64,000 bases of DNA, taken from the NCBI GenBank assembly GCA_033762915.1, contig JANRLD010000013.1, positions 58,547 through 122,546 on the forward strand, given 5' to 3'. The notes beneath the pieces are model-generated. The model ran no database searches. It was not told the DNA's origin and saw only the letters and a program-made list of their open reading frames with translations. How positions within the stretch are numbered: the stretch's first letter is position 1; the number at the start of each line of letters is the position of its first letter. Positions 50,375-60,490 of the stretch are shown one piece after another. The stretch comes from Meiothermus sp. Its GTDB lineage: Bacteria; Deinococcota; Deinococci; Deinococcales; Thermaceae. The position numbers and the translations under genes are program-made.

Positions 50375-51142
50375 GTGGCCGAGCTTGCCGTCGAGGCTCA
50401 CAACTTCAGCGTGCGCTTCGGGGATTTCCAGGCCCTCGAGGGGGTCAGCCTGGAGGTGCCGCAGGGGGCCTTCGTGGCCATCGTGGGGCCCAACGGGGCG
50501 GGCAAGAGCACCCTGCTCAAGAGTCTGCTGGGCATCACCGTGGGGGCACACCGGGACGGCTCGAGCCACGTCAGCGGCAACGTGAAGGTCTTCGGGCAGC
50601 CCCCCAGCCAGACCTCGGCGGGGCAGGTGGGCTACGTGCCGCAGGTCAAGAGCTTTGATCGCTCGTTCCCAGCGTTGGCGCTGGAGGTGGTGGTCTCTGG
50701 GCTGCGGCGGAGCTGGCCCTTCTGGATCACCGGGGCCGAGCGCACCCGGGCGGGGGAGATGCTCGAGCGGGTCGGGGCGGCGCACCTCGCCTCGAGGCGG
50801 CTGGGCCGCCTGTCGGGCGGGGAGTTGCAGCGGGTCTATCTGGCCAGGGCGCTGATCCGCCAGCCGCGGCTGCTGCTCCTCGACGAGCCCGCGACCGGCG
50901 TCGACGCGGTGGGGGAGGCCGACCTGTACCGGCACCTCGAGACCTACCAGCGCCAGTCCGGCGCGACCGTGATGATGATCACCCACGACTGGGAGGCCGC
51001 CCAGCACCACGCCTCGGCGGTGCTGCTGATCAACCGCCGGGTCATCGGCTACGGCCTGCCGGCCGACGTGATGTGCCACGAGTGCCTGGCCCAGGCCTTC
51101 GGGCACGTCGGGCACAAGCACGGGATGGTGGGGCGTGCTTGA
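50375..51142 (+). CDS. znuC: Zn/Mn ABC transporter ATP-binding subunit
   Basis: GPNGAGKS, GYVPQ, LSGGELQRV, LLDEP, THD; His-rich C-terminus. Confidence 0.88.
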   Translation: MAELAVEAHNFSVRFGDFQALEGVSLEVPQGAFVAIVGPNGAGKSTLLKSLLGITVGAHRDGSSHVSGNVKVFGQPPSQTSAGQVGYVPQVKSFDRSFPALALEVVVSGLRRSWPFWITGAERTRAGEMLERVGAAHLASRRLGRLSGGELQRVYLARALIRQPRLLLLDEPATGVDAVGEADLYRHLETYQRQSGATVMMITHDWEAAQHHASAVLLINRRVIGYGLPADVMCHECLAQAFGHVGHKHGMVGRA

Positions 51143-51926
51143 GGCCCTGCAGCTCCCCTTCATCCAGCGCGCCCTGAGTGCCGGGCTGCTGGTGGGCGGG
51201 CTGGCCAGCTACCTGGGGGCCTTCGTGGTGCAGCGGCGGCTATCGTTTTTGGGTGACGGGCTGGCGCACGCGGCGTTCGCGGGCGTGGCGCTGGGCCTGC
51301 TGCTGCACTCCGAGCCGCTGTGGATCGCCATACCGTTCGCAGTGGCGGTCTCGCTGGCGATCACCTGGGTGCGGGAGCGCAGCAGCCTGGGCGACGACAC
51401 CGCGATCGGGATATTTTTCGCGGTCTCGGTGGCGCTGGGGGTGCTGTTCATGTCGCTGCGGCAGGGCTTCGCGCCGGACGCGGTGGGCTATCTCTTCGGC
51501 TCGATTCTGGCGGTCACCCAGACCGACCTCTGGGTAATGGCCGCTATCGCGCTCCTGACCGCCCTGCTGGCCCCGATGTGGGCGCAGTGGGCCTACACCA
51601 CCTTCGACCGCGAGCTGGCCATGGCCGACCGCAAGCCGGTGATGCTGCAAGACTACCTGCTCTCGGCGCTCATCGCCGTGACGGTGGTGGCCTCGGTTAA
51701 GGTGGTGGGGGTGGTGCTGATCGCGGCCTTCATCGTCATCCCCGCCGCCACCGCCCGCCTGCTCACCCGCACCTTCTCCGGCCTTACCCTCACCGCCGTC
51801 GCCATCGGCGTCTTCTCGATCGTCCCCGGCCTGGTGGTCTCCTACCTGCTCGATGTGCCCGCTGGTAGCGCGATCGTGCTGCTCCAGGCGGCGCTGTTCG
51901 TGGGGGCGCTGCTGATACGGAGGTAG
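51135..51926 (+). CDS. znuB: Zn/Mn ABC transporter permease
   Basis: RRLSFLGDGLAH, YLFGSILAV, KVVG..LI.A...IPAATAR motifs. Confidence 0.9.
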   Translation: MLEALQLPFIQRALSAGLLVGGLASYLGAFVVQRRLSFLGDGLAHAAFAGVALGLLLHSEPLWIAIPFAVAVSLAITWVRERSSLGDDTAIGIFFAVSVALGVLFMSLRQGFAPDAVGYLFGSILAVTQTDLWVMAAIALLTALLAPMWAQWAYTTFDRELAMADRKPVMLQDYLLSALIAVTVVASVKVVGVVLIAAFIVIPAATARLLTRTFSGLTLTAVAIGVFSIVPGLVVSYLLDVPAGSAIVLLQAALFVGALLIRR

Positions 51927-52000
51927 CCAGACGAGAAACCAGAAACCGCCAGGTTCGACCGTGCCTTCTCCTGCGCCTTTCCTGCCTCCTCCAAACTTAA

Positions 52001-52038
52001 TAAATCCCCCTTTTTCACTCGGGATTTAGGAGTATAAT
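52001..52038 (+). promoter_or_regulatory. Inverted repeat (probable Rrf2 operator) and -10 box
   Basis: TAAATCCC-N12-GGGATTTA, then TATAAT-N6-ATG. Confidence 0.6.
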
Positions 52039-52044
52039 CCCCTC

Positions 52045-52509
52045 ATGTGGGTCTCGACCAAGGCACAGTACGGGCTGCGGGCGCTGGTGGAGATTGGGCT
52101 GCGGCAGCCCGAGGCGGTGCCGCTGAAGGACGTGGCGGACGCCCAGGGCATCAGCCAGCACTACCTCGAGCAGATCGCCGCCCAGTTGCGGCGCAGCGGC
52201 TTTATCCGCAGCGTGCGTGGGGCCAAGGGGGGCTACAAGCTGGGCCGCCCGATGGCCCAGATATCGGCGTTGGAGGTGGTGGAGGCGCTCGAGGGCTCCC
52301 TGGCCCCCGTGACCTGCCTCGACGACCCCCAGTCCTGCGGCCATACCGGCAGCTGCTCTACCGAGAGCCTTTGGAAGAAGGTGGACGACGCCATGCGCGG
52401 CGTTCTGGTGGACACCACCCTGGACAAGCTGGTGGCGGAGCGCCGGGTGATCGAGGGGCGCAAGCTGATCCAGATCGAGCCGCCGCGCGCGGGTTCGCTG
52501 GGCGTGTGA
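52045..52509 (+). CDS. iscR: Rrf2 family regulator (IscR-like, three Cys)
   Basis: STK..YGLRAL, YLEQI...LR..G.I.SVRG.KGGY.L, C-x5-C-x5-C; upstream of a cysteine desulfurase. Confidence 0.85.
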   Translation: MWVSTKAQYGLRALVEIGLRQPEAVPLKDVADAQGISQHYLEQIAAQLRRSGFIRSVRGAKGGYKLGRPMAQISALEVVEALEGSLAPVTCLDDPQSCGHTGSCSTESLWKKVDDAMRGVLVDTTLDKLVAERRVIEGRKLIQIEPPRAGSLGV

Positions 52510-52618
52510 GGGGGCGGGGCTCGGCTGCCGGCAATTGGCGCGCCGGCCTCGCCCGCCGGTGGACCTTACCCTGGCGCAACTTAGCAGAGCCCCCCGCCGC
52601 CCACCCGCCCCTGATCCC

Positions 52619-53767
52619 ATGATCTACCTCGACTACGCCGCCACCACGCCCCTCGACCCCGAAGTGAGGGCCGGGATGGAGCGGGTGTTGGACGTGTTTG
52701 GTAACCCCAGCTCGGTTCACGCGGCGGGGCGGGAGGCCAAGAACTGGCTCGAGGAGGGCCGGGAGAGGGTCGCCCAGGCCCTGGGCTGCAAGCCTCGAGA
52801 GGTGCTCTTGACGGCGGGCGGTACCGAGTCGGACGCGATGGCGGTGCTGGGGGTAGCGCTGGCCAAGGCGCAGCGCGGCGGCGCGTCGAGGGGCCACATC
52901 GTTTCTACGCAGATCGAGCACTCGGCGGTCCTGACCGCGCTGAAGAACCTCGCGGCACTCGGCTTCGAGGTGACGCTGCTGGCCCCCGACCCCAGCGGGA
53001 TGGTTTTTGCCGAGCAGGTCGCCGAGGCGCTGCGGCCCGACACCATCCTGGTCTCGCTGATGGCGGTCAACAACGAGCTGGGGACGGTGTACCCGGTGCG
53101 GGCAATTGCCGAGCTGTTGCGGGCCAGGGGCATTCCCTTCCACACCGACGCCGTGCAGGCCTTCGGCACCGTTCCCAGCCGGGTCGAGGACCTGGGGGCC
53201 GACCTGATCTCCATCGCGGCGCACAAGTTTTACGGCCCCAAGGGGGCCGGGGCGCTGTACCTGCGCAAGGGTTCGGGCATCGAGCTGTTCCCGATCATGC
53301 CGGGAAAGCAAGAGCAGGGCTACCGGGGTGGGACCGAGAACCTGCCCGCGGTGTACGGGATGGGGCTGGCGGCACAGAAGGCGGTGCGGGATCTGGAGGC
53401 GGAAACCGCGAGGCTGCTGGCCCTGCGGGGGCGCCTCGAGTGCGGCCTTCTGTCGATCAGGGATGTCGAGCTTAACGGCCACCCGACCCTCCGCAGCCCC
53501 AAGCACGTCAACGTGGTGGCCCGGGGCGCGGACGGCGAGGGGCTGCTGCTGAACCTCGACCTGATGGGGATCGCGGTCTCCTCGGGCTCGGCCTGCGCGA
53601 GCGGGAGCCTCGAGCCTTCGCACGTCCTCAGCGCCATCGGGCGCTCCAAGGCCGAGGGCAAGTCCTCGGTGCGCTTCAGCCTGGGGCGCTATACCACCGA
53701 GGCCGAGGTGGACGCGGCGGCGTGGGCCTTCGGCGAGGCGGTGGGGCGCTCGAGGGCCGGGGTCTGA
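52619..53767 (+). CDS. iscS: Cysteine desulfurase
   Basis: MIYLDYAATTP, GNPSS.H, HTDAVQ, AHKFYGPKG, SSGSAC.S. Confidence 0.94.
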   Translation: MIYLDYAATTPLDPEVRAGMERVLDVFGNPSSVHAAGREAKNWLEEGRERVAQALGCKPREVLLTAGGTESDAMAVLGVALAKAQRGGASRGHIVSTQIEHSAVLTALKNLAALGFEVTLLAPDPSGMVFAEQVAEALRPDTILVSLMAVNNELGTVYPVRAIAELLRARGIPFHTDAVQAFGTVPSRVEDLGADLISIAAHKFYGPKGAGALYLRKGSGIELFPIMPGKQEQGYRGGTENLPAVYGMGLAAQKAVRDLEAETARLLALRGRLECGLLSIRDVELNGHPTLRSPKHVNVVARGADGEGLLLNLDLMGIAVSSGSACASGSLEPSHVLSAIGRSKAEGKSSVRFSLGRYTTEAEVDAAAWAFGEAVGRSRAGV

Positions 53768-53876
53768 CCCGGCCCGGTGTAACGCTGGCCGGGGGCTTTA
53801 AGGTAAAAAAAACACAGCGGTGTGGGCCAGTGCCCGTACTCTGGGGGGACACGGTTGTGCTCTAAGAGGCGGGCGG

Positions 53877-54653
53877 ATGAGACAAACTTTTTTCAAACGA
53901 TGGGTGCTGCGACTGGGTGCCACCAAGAGCGTGGTGCTGATCACCGTGGTCTCGCTGGCCCTGTCGCAGTTTGTGACCTCCCTTTCCTACCTGATCAGCG
54001 GCCTCCCGATCGATCCTTCGGTGCTGCTGGTCGCCGCGGTTGTCCCGATTATTGTGGCCCCGCTGGTCAGCACGGCCATGGTTAGCCTGCTGTTCGAGCT
54101 AGATCAGGCCCACCGGACGGTCCAGGAGCAGTCCATCACCGACGCTCTGACCGGCGTACACAACCGCCGGCACTTCTTCGAGGCGGCCCAGGTCGAGTTC
54201 GCCCGGTGCCAGCGCCGCGGCAACCCCGTGTCGCTGCTGATGATCGACGGGGACAACTTTAAGCGGATCAACGACGTCTACGGCCACCTGTGCGGCGATC
54301 AGGTGCTCCAGCAGATCGCCCGGGCCTGCCGCGACAGCGTGCGCGCGCACGACCTAGTAGCCCGCCTGGGCGGCGAGGAGTTCGCAGTGCTGCTGGCGGA
54401 GGCCGGGGCCGCCGACGCCCACCAGGTTGCCGAGCGGATCCGGCGCCGCATCGCCGAAAGCGAGCTGAGCTACGCGGGCAAGTCGGTGAGCTTCACGGTC
54501 AGTATCGGGGTGGCGGTCTGGCGGCCGACCGTTACCCACCTCGAGCAGGTGATGGACCGGGCCGACCAGGCCCTGTACCGGGCCAAGCGGATGGGCAAGA
54601 ACCGGGTGGAGCTGGCCGAACTCGAGACCGAGCCGCACGCCTCCCCGGCCTGA
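53877..54653 (+). CDS. Membrane-anchored diguanylate cyclase (GGDEF)
   Basis: Two TM helices; D.LTG..NRR, FK.IND.YGH..GD, RAHD I-site, GGEEF, ADQALY.AK..GKNR. Confidence 0.93.
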   Translation: MRQTFFKRWVLRLGATKSVVLITVVSLALSQFVTSLSYLISGLPIDPSVLLVAAVVPIIVAPLVSTAMVSLLFELDQAHRTVQEQSITDALTGVHNRRHFFEAAQVEFARCQRRGNPVSLLMIDGDNFKRINDVYGHLCGDQVLQQIARACRDSVRAHDLVARLGGEEFAVLLAEAGAADAHQVAERIRRRIAESELSYAGKSVSFTVSIGVAVWRPTVTHLEQVMDRADQALYRAKRMGKNRVELAELETEPHASPA

Positions 54654-54857
54654 CCCCGCGCCGAGTGCAGGGGGTAGCGGACAGCAGAGCCTGCGCCTCA
54701 CGGTCGGCGGTGAGTTTCGGCATGGCTGGGGTGCACAGCGCCCTCCCGAAGCCCACTAAAGTGTGCCCCTGCTTGCGCCGGGTGCGCGGCTGTCGGGCCT
54801 GCCCCCCCCAAGGACTCCTGTACCGCCTGCCTGTGGATAAATTGGCCCTAGGAGGTT

Positions 54858-55535
54858 GTGATGACGCAACCCGTTCTAGAGCATGCGCCGCACCCTGTCC
54901 TCACCCCCGACGCCCAGCAGCCCAGCCCCGACGAGGCCCTCGAGTGGCTCGTCCGGGGCAACGCCCGCTACGTCCTTCACCACAGCCGCCACCCCCGGCA
55001 GGGGGGGCGGGCGCGGCTTAAGCTGGCCAAGGGGCAGCACCCCTTTGCGGTGGTGCTGGGCTGCGCCGACAGCCGGGTGGCCCCGGAGGTGATCTTCGAC
55101 CAGGGGCTGGGCGACCTGTTCGTGGTGCGGATTGCGGGCAACATCGTCGACGAGGCGGTGCGGGGGAGCCTCGAGTTCGCCGTGACCCGCTTCGGGGTGC
55201 CCCTGATCGTGGTGCTGGGGCACGACGGCTGCGGGGCGCTGCAGGCCGCCCTGGACGCCATAGATCACCCCCGCCCCATGCCGCCCGCCGTGCAGGCGCT
55301 GCTGGAGCCGATTCTTCCGGCCGTCCGGCAGGCCATCGACGAGACCGAGCACGCCCTGGTCCCACCCAGCGACGAGAGCATTTTGCAGGCCGCGCAGGCG
55401 ATCCACACCGCCCGGATGGTCGAGGCCCTGCGTGCCGACGAGGTGCTGGCCCCCCTGATCGAGCGGGGTCGGCTCGAGGTGGTGGGGGGGCGCTACGACC
55501 TCCAGTCCGGCCAGGTGGTCTTCGCGCTGTACTGA
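54858..55535 (+). CDS. Beta-class carbonic anhydrase
   Basis: GCADSRV, GDLFVVR.AGN, GH..CGA; RBS AGGAGG. Confidence 0.94.
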   Translation: MMTQPVLEHAPHPVLTPDAQQPSPDEALEWLVRGNARYVLHHSRHPRQGGRARLKLAKGQHPFAVVLGCADSRVAPEVIFDQGLGDLFVVRIAGNIVDEAVRGSLEFAVTRFGVPLIVVLGHDGCGALQAALDAIDHPRPMPPAVQALLEPILPAVRQAIDETEHALVPPSDESILQAAQAIHTARMVEALRADEVLAPLIERGRLEVVGGRYDLQSGQVVFALY

Positions 55536-55609
55536 TCGCCCCGGGCCCAGGGCCTGGCCCTGTTCACTTGCTCCATCCCCGGTTCATCCCGCGTGATATC
55601 TTGGGCGGC

Positions 55610-56383
55610 GTGACGGTTTTGGATGCGTTCATTCTGGGGGTGGTGGAGGGGCTGACCGAGTTCCTGCCGGTCTCTTCGACCGGGCACCAGGTGCTGGTCG
55701 GGCATCTGCTCGGCCTGGACGTGGAGAACGACCCCTTTATCAAGAGCTTCATCGTGATCATTCAGTTGGGCGCGATCCTGGCGGTGATGACGCTGTACCT
55801 GCAGCGCTTCCTGCGCGACTTCGAGGTGTGGAAGCGGGTGATCGTGGCGTTCATCCCCACCGGAATTCTGGGCCTTCTGCTGACCGACTTCCTCGAGGGC
55901 CTGCTGGGCTCCGACCTGGTGGTGGTCATCAACCTGATCGGGGTGGGGGTGCTGCTGCTGTTCATAGACCGCCTGATGGCGGGCCGCCAGAAGTACGACG
56001 ACATCAACCAGGTGCCGCTGTTCCAGTCGGGGGCCATTGGGCTGTTCCAGTCGATTGCGATGGTGCCAGGGGTCTCGAGGAGCGCCGCCACCATCATCGG
56101 GGGGATGTTCCTGGGCCTCTCGCGGCGGGCTGCCGCCGAGTTTAGCTTCATCCTTGCGGTGCCCACCATGCTGGTGGCCTCCGGCTACAGCATCGTCCGC
56201 CGCCCCGAGCAGTTCGAGGGGGCCAACTGGGGCCTGATCGCGGTGGGCTTTGTGACCGCCTTCGTGGTTGCGCTGGTGTCGGTGCGCTGGATGCTGGACT
56301 TCGTCTCTAAAAACACCTTTGTGCCCTTCGGGATCTACCGCATCGTGGTGGGCGTGGTCTACGCGGCCTTCTTCCTGCGCTAA
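55610..56383 (+). CDS. uppP: Undecaprenyl-diphosphate phosphatase (BacA)
   Basis: EGLTEFLPVSSTGH and PGVSRS motifs; GTG 55610. Confidence 0.95.
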   Translation: MTVLDAFILGVVEGLTEFLPVSSTGHQVLVGHLLGLDVENDPFIKSFIVIIQLGAILAVMTLYLQRFLRDFEVWKRVIVAFIPTGILGLLLTDFLEGLLGSDLVVVINLIGVGVLLLFIDRLMAGRQKYDDINQVPLFQSGAIGLFQSIAMVPGVSRSAATIIGGMFLGLSRRAAAEFSFILAVPTMLVASGYSIVRRPEQFEGANWGLIAVGFVTAFVVALVSVRWMLDFVSKNTFVPFGIYRIVVGVVYAAFFLR

Positions 56384-56564
56384 AGCCTACTCGAGGCGGC
56401 TGTAGATATCCGACAGGGCCACCTCGAGGTTCGCACACGGCAGCCTCAGCGAGCCGTTCTCGATCCGCTCGTAGAGCCAGCCACTCTCGGCCCGCCGGAA
56501 CACCTCGGCCCGCATGGTGTCCTGCTCGAGCAGCACGTACATGTGCAAACTCTCGAGAGTCTGA

Positions 56565-56749
56565 TCGCGGTTCCCACCCTTACCTCCCTCGCGGCGGCAG
56601 GTAATGTACTCTCTACAGCGGTTCCCACGAATACCCCGCACGCAGAGACTCGGATGTGCGGGGTACATTACGCCTCACCGCGTGAGGCGTAATGGTGGGA
56701 ACCGCTGTACAGCAAAAACCGCTGTAGGGAGTATTCGTGGGAACCGCTC
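56565..56749 (-). mobile_element. Repeat family A, copy 4, with target duplication; hosts a nested element
   Basis: TGA duplicated at 56562-56564 and 56750-56752; removing the element restores the Uma2 codons AAT TAT CAG ACT CTC GAG. Confidence 0.9.
56616..56707 (+). mobile_element. 92-bp nested MITE with 13-bp TIRs and TA duplication
   Basis: TA|CAGCGGTTCCCAC...GTGGGAACCGCTG|TA; two internal hairpins. Confidence 0.88.
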
Positions 56750-57134
56750 TGATAATTCAGCCACTTCTCACCCCGGTCGGTCTCGGCGGTGCGGGGGGAT
56801 AGCACCTCGACGATCACACAGGGCAACGAGGCGCGGGTCGTCTTTGGGCTGAGCGTAGACCATCACGTCGGGGTAGTAGGGAGCGGTGTTGGCCAGCACC
56901 AGGGTGTCGGCAATGGCGACCAGGTAGCTCGAGTTCTGGCTGTTGCTCTCAATCAAGCTGCCCAGCCGAACCGCGATCCGGTTGTGTCGGCGGGTTCGGC
57001 CCGCCATCAGGAACCTGACCGTTGACTAATTCGTGCTTCTCTTCCGAGCTGAATTCGAACTCGAGGAACTCCTCCAACGTCACACCGGTTTTGACGGGCG
57101 GCTCCTGGCGCGGAATGGCCCAAGTACACAAACC

Positions 57135-57425
57135 TTGACTTAGACCCCGGATACGCCCAAAATAACATTGCGCTGACCCGCAGGAGTAGCCTCGAGTTCA
57201 GCCACAGCGAGTCTGGGATAGTGTGAGCCAGACGGTTTAGAACGAGGCGAAAGGCGGCGGGTGTATGTCCAGACTCGAGGGCCGAGGGCCCGAAGACGAC
57301 CGACACAGCGCAAACCAAAGGTGCTAGGCGCACGCGCTTAGAACTGGGGTGGAACCGCGAATCTTCGCGCCAACAAGGGCGCGTCTTCGTCCCCAGGCAT
57401 TCGTGCCGAGGGACGTTTTTCTTTT
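57135..57425 (+). promoter_or_regulatory. Promoter plus glycine T-box riboswitch
   Basis: TTGACT-N17-CAAAAT; Stem I ACCCGC..AGTA...GAAA-GGC-G-GCGGGT (Gly specifier GGC at 57253-57255); T-box AACTGGGGTGGAACCGCG at 57342-57359; terminator CGTCCC...GGGACG-TTTTTCTTTT. Confidence 0.9.
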
Positions 57426-57465
57426 GTCCCGGCACTGGTCGCATAGGGCTAAGGCAGACGAGGTT

Positions 57466-57493
57466 TCGACCCTCGACCCTCGACCCTAGACCC
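57466..57493. repeat. Heptamer tandem repeat (TCGACCC x3 plus TAGACCC)
   Basis: Read directly; related TTCGACC x3 at 46744-46764. Confidence 0.8.
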
Positions 57494-57517
57494 TCATCGC
57501 GACCGAAGGGAGCCACT

Positions 57518-59041
57518 ATGCCTGCCGAAACGATGGAAGAACTGGTCAGCCTCTGCAAGCGCCGCGGGTTCATTTTCCCCGGCTCCGACATCTACGGCGG
57601 CCTCCAGGGCACCTACGACTACGGCCCGCTGGGGGTCGAGCTGAAGAACAACTTCAAGGCTGCCTGGTGGAAGTCCACCGTCTACGAGCGCGACGACATG
57701 GAGGGCCTGGATGCTTCCATCCTGACTCACCGCTTGGTGCTGCGCTACTCCGGCCACGAGGCCACCTTCTCCGACCCCCTGATCGACAACCGCACCTCCA
57801 AAAAGCGCTACCGCCTCGATCACCTGCTCAAAGACCAAAAACCCGCCGTGCGGGATGCGGTGGCCACGGGCATGGGTTTGGCCGATGGTTCCGACCTAAC
57901 CGCACTGGTTGCCGCTGTAATGGCCGAACCCGAGCGTGCCGCCGAAGCCATGAAAGCCGCTAAGGTGATAGACCCCGCCGACGGCGCACCCGGCGACTGG
58001 ACCGCTCCCCGCCCCTTCAACATGATGTTCAAAACCAACATCGGCCCGGTGGCCGACGAGGACTCCTACGGCTACCTGCGCCCCGAGACTGCACAGGGCA
58101 TCTTTGTCAACTTCAAGAACGTCCTCGACTCCACCTCCCGCCGTCTGCCCTTCGGCATCGCCCAAATTGGCAAGAGCTTCCGCAACGAGATCACCCCGCG
58201 CAACTTTATCTTTAGGGTGCGCGAGTTTGAGCAGATGGAAATCGAGTTTTTTGTGCGGCCCGGAACCGACGAAGAGTGGCACGAGAAGTGGCTGCAAACC
58301 CGGCTGGCCTGGTGGGAAGCCCAGGGCATCCCGCGCCACCAGATAGACATCCTCGATGTGCCCAAGGCCGACCTCTCGCACTACTCCAAGCGCACCTACG
58401 ACCTGATGTACAACTACCCCTCGCTGGGCTTTGAGGAAATCGAGGGCATCGCCAACCGCTCCGACTACGACTTAGGCAGCCACACCAAGGCCCAAAGCGA
58501 ACTGGGTATCAGCGCTAAGGTGATGGACAATCCCGACTCCACCGCCAAGCTGGCAGTGCAGGATGCCGAGAGCAAAAAGTGGGAAGTGCCTTTTGTGATC
58601 GAGCCGTCTTGTGGGGTGGATCGTGGAGTGCTGGCGGTGCTGGCGGAAGCCTTTACCAAGGAGAAGCTCGAAAGCGGCGAGGAGCGCATCGTGCTCAAGC
58701 TGAAGCCGCACCTCGCGCCCATCAAGGTAGCGGTGATCCCGCTAGCCAAGAACAAAGAAGAAATCACCGGCTATGCCAAAAAGGTCAAGGCCGAGTTGCA
58801 AGCGTTGGGCTTTGGGCGGGTGCTGTACGAGGACACCGGCAACGTGGGCAAAGCCTACCGCCGCCACGACGAAGTGGGCACGCCTTTCTGTGTGACTGTG
58901 GACTACGACACCATCGGCAAGAGCCAGGACGGGAGCCTGACATTGCAAGACACCGTGACTGTGCGCGACCGCGACACCATGCAGCAGGAGCGGGTGAAGG
59001 TGAGCGAGCTGGCGGCGTACATTCAAGCAAGGTTGAAGTAG
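57518..59041 (+). CDS. glyQS: Glycine-tRNA ligase, alpha2 (eukaryote/Thermus) type
   Basis: IYGG....[46 protein letters not shown]. Confidence 0.97.
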   Translation: MPAETMEELVSLCKRRGFIFPGSDIYGGLQGTYDYGPLGVELKNNFKAAWWKSTVYERDDMEGLDASILTHRLVLRYSGHEATFSDPLIDNRTSKKRYRLDHLLKDQKPAVRDAVATGMGLADGSDLTALVAAVMAEPERAAEAMKAAKVIDPADGAPGDWTAPRPFNMMFKTNIGPVADEDSYGYLRPETAQGIFVNFKNVLDSTSRRLPFGIAQIGKSFRNEITPRNFIFRVREFEQMEIEFFVRPGTDEEWHEKWLQTRLAWWEAQGIPRHQIDILDVPKADLSHYSKRTYDLMYNYPSLGFEEIEGIANRSDYDLGSHTKAQSELGISAKVMDNPDSTAKLAVQDAESKKWEVPFVIEPSCGVDRGVLAVLAEAFTKEKLESGEERIVLKLKPHLAPIKVAVIPLAKNKEEITGYAKKVKAELQALGFGRVLYEDTGNVGKAYRRHDEVGTPFCVTVDYDTIGKSQDGSLTLQDTVTVRDRDTMQQERVKVSELAAYIQARLK

Positions 59042-59088
59042 GAAAAACAAACAGTGGAATCGGCGAAGCCTAATGCTTTTAGCCAATT

Positions 59089-59904
59089 CTATTCTGTTAG
59101 CACAACTTCATAAATAGGGGCCGCCTGTCCTAGTAGTCCGGCAAATAGCTGAACGTAGGCACATATTGCGGTGCCTCTAACCTTTTCTATTGAAACAAGG
59201 TGTAAATCGGTATCGAGCATTGATTCATTAGTCAGTTGGAGGAGGTTTTTGATGATCGAACTCTTCGAGACACTACCAACAAAATGATTTGGGTATTGGG
59301 TGTCACCCAGTATCAATTCGTGTACGAGCGTTTTCTCTCCTGCTTTTACATGGCCGCTTGCGATAGCCCAACAAAGACCTATTTTTGCAATCATTTGTAA
59401 ATACGCATTCGCTACACTCCGTCCTAGCTTTACTTATCCTTCAATATCCATCGAGTCAAGTAGCATCTTCTCTGCTAGATTCCAAACTCTATTGACATCA
59501 ATCCACTTAGAGTAAGAGATCACTTTACCCATGAGATTGCCCGAGAAATAGCTCGGCTCGGCAAAATCTAAAAGGATAAGTGTTGCTGGGTACTCACTTA
59601 GGGGTAGCTGAATTTTCTTTTCATTAACTGTTATTGGCAGGCTCTCAGGTCGTTTCTTTTTTCTCTTGTTGCGACTTGGAAAGTCATGTGAGACACGAAA
59701 GCTCCCCAGAAATTCACGCTGAACTATGCGTTCAAAATCACCGGTAATCTTTGCACATTTTTTGCAGCTTGCCTTGGGTAGATATGAGGTTCCAAGAAGT
59801 CCATAGGGGATGATATGTTCGTCAGTGAGATCTTTAGTAATCCCACAGTAAATACATTGATTTATCGCAGTACACGCGGGACGTTGTGAATACTCGGCAA
59901 ACAT
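59089..59904 (-). pseudogene. HNH endonuclease-like gene (low GC) with one in-frame stop
   Basis: CIYCG...TDEHIIP..L.G......C..C; TAA at 59436-59434 is followed in frame by VKLGRSVANAYLQ-MIAKIG... to 59089. Confidence 0.78.
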
Positions 59905-59996
59905 AGATTTGATTTATTCTATGTAATTTCGAGCAAACCCGGCTCGCACTGCGTCTCGAGCCTTTCCCACTCACCCGATTCTGCTACACTTAATCC

Positions 59997-60197
59997 ATGA
60001 AAACCGCATTGCTCGAGCAAGCCCTTGAACTTTCGCCCGAGGAAAAACTCGAGCTTTTGGATGCCGTGTGGGATAGCCTCACGGCTGAACAGATTCCACT
60101 TTCTGAGGCCGAAAAGGCATTGTTGGATGCCCGACTCGAGGAGAAGGGCGGATTTACTTGGGAGGAGATAAAGCAGCGACACAAAGGTAAAGCATGA
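59997..60197 (+). CDS. Addiction-module antitoxin
   Basis: ALELSPEEKLELLDAVWDSL...L.EA....LD.RL...TWEEIK; TACACT-N6-ATG. Confidence 0.88.
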   Translation: MKTALLEQALELSPEEKLELLDAVWDSLTAEQIPLSEAEKALLDARLEEKGGFTWEEIKQRHKGKA

Positions 60198-60490
60198 CTT
60201 TAGTGGCTGTTTGGCGGCCTTCCGCCGACCAAGACCTTGGGGTAGTGTTGGCTGAGATTCCCGAGGAGTACAAAGAACGCTTTTGGGATGTTCTCGAGCA
60301 GACGGTGCAAACCATCCAAGACTTTCCTGAGGCTTTTCCTGTGGTGTATGCCGAGAAAGCCGTGCGGAGGGTGGTTCTGAAACCATTTCCCTACTTGCTT
60401 TTCTATGTTGTAGAGCTAAATCGGGTCGCCATCTTAGCCTTGATTCATGGCCGCCAAAACCCCGACAAAATAGCCAAGCGGTTTGAGTAA
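60194..60490 (+). CDS. ParE/RelE-family toxin
   Basis: P.A.QDL, FPEAFP, RR..L..FPY.L.Y, ILA..HGRQ.P; ATGA overlap with the antitoxin. Confidence 0.9.
   Translation: MTLVAVWRPSADQDLGVVLAEIPEEYKERFWDVLEQTVQTIQDFPEAFPVVYAEKAVRRVVLKPFPYLLFYVVELNRVAILALIHGRQNPDKIAKRFE

Larger units (their letters stand above)
56387..57131 (-). pseudogene. Uma2 (DUF820) family endonuclease, frameshifted and split by a MITE
   Basis: Fragments TLEEFLEFE...KHELVNG / MAG....H..I / YYPDVMV / VIVEVLSP.T...DRGEK..NY|QTLESL..YVL.EQD; the true start is uncertain. Confidence 0.88.

Noticed and set aside
54660..54850. Riboswitch upstream of the carbonic anhydrase
   Set aside because: No recognisable fluoride, c-di-GMP or other aptamer consensus.
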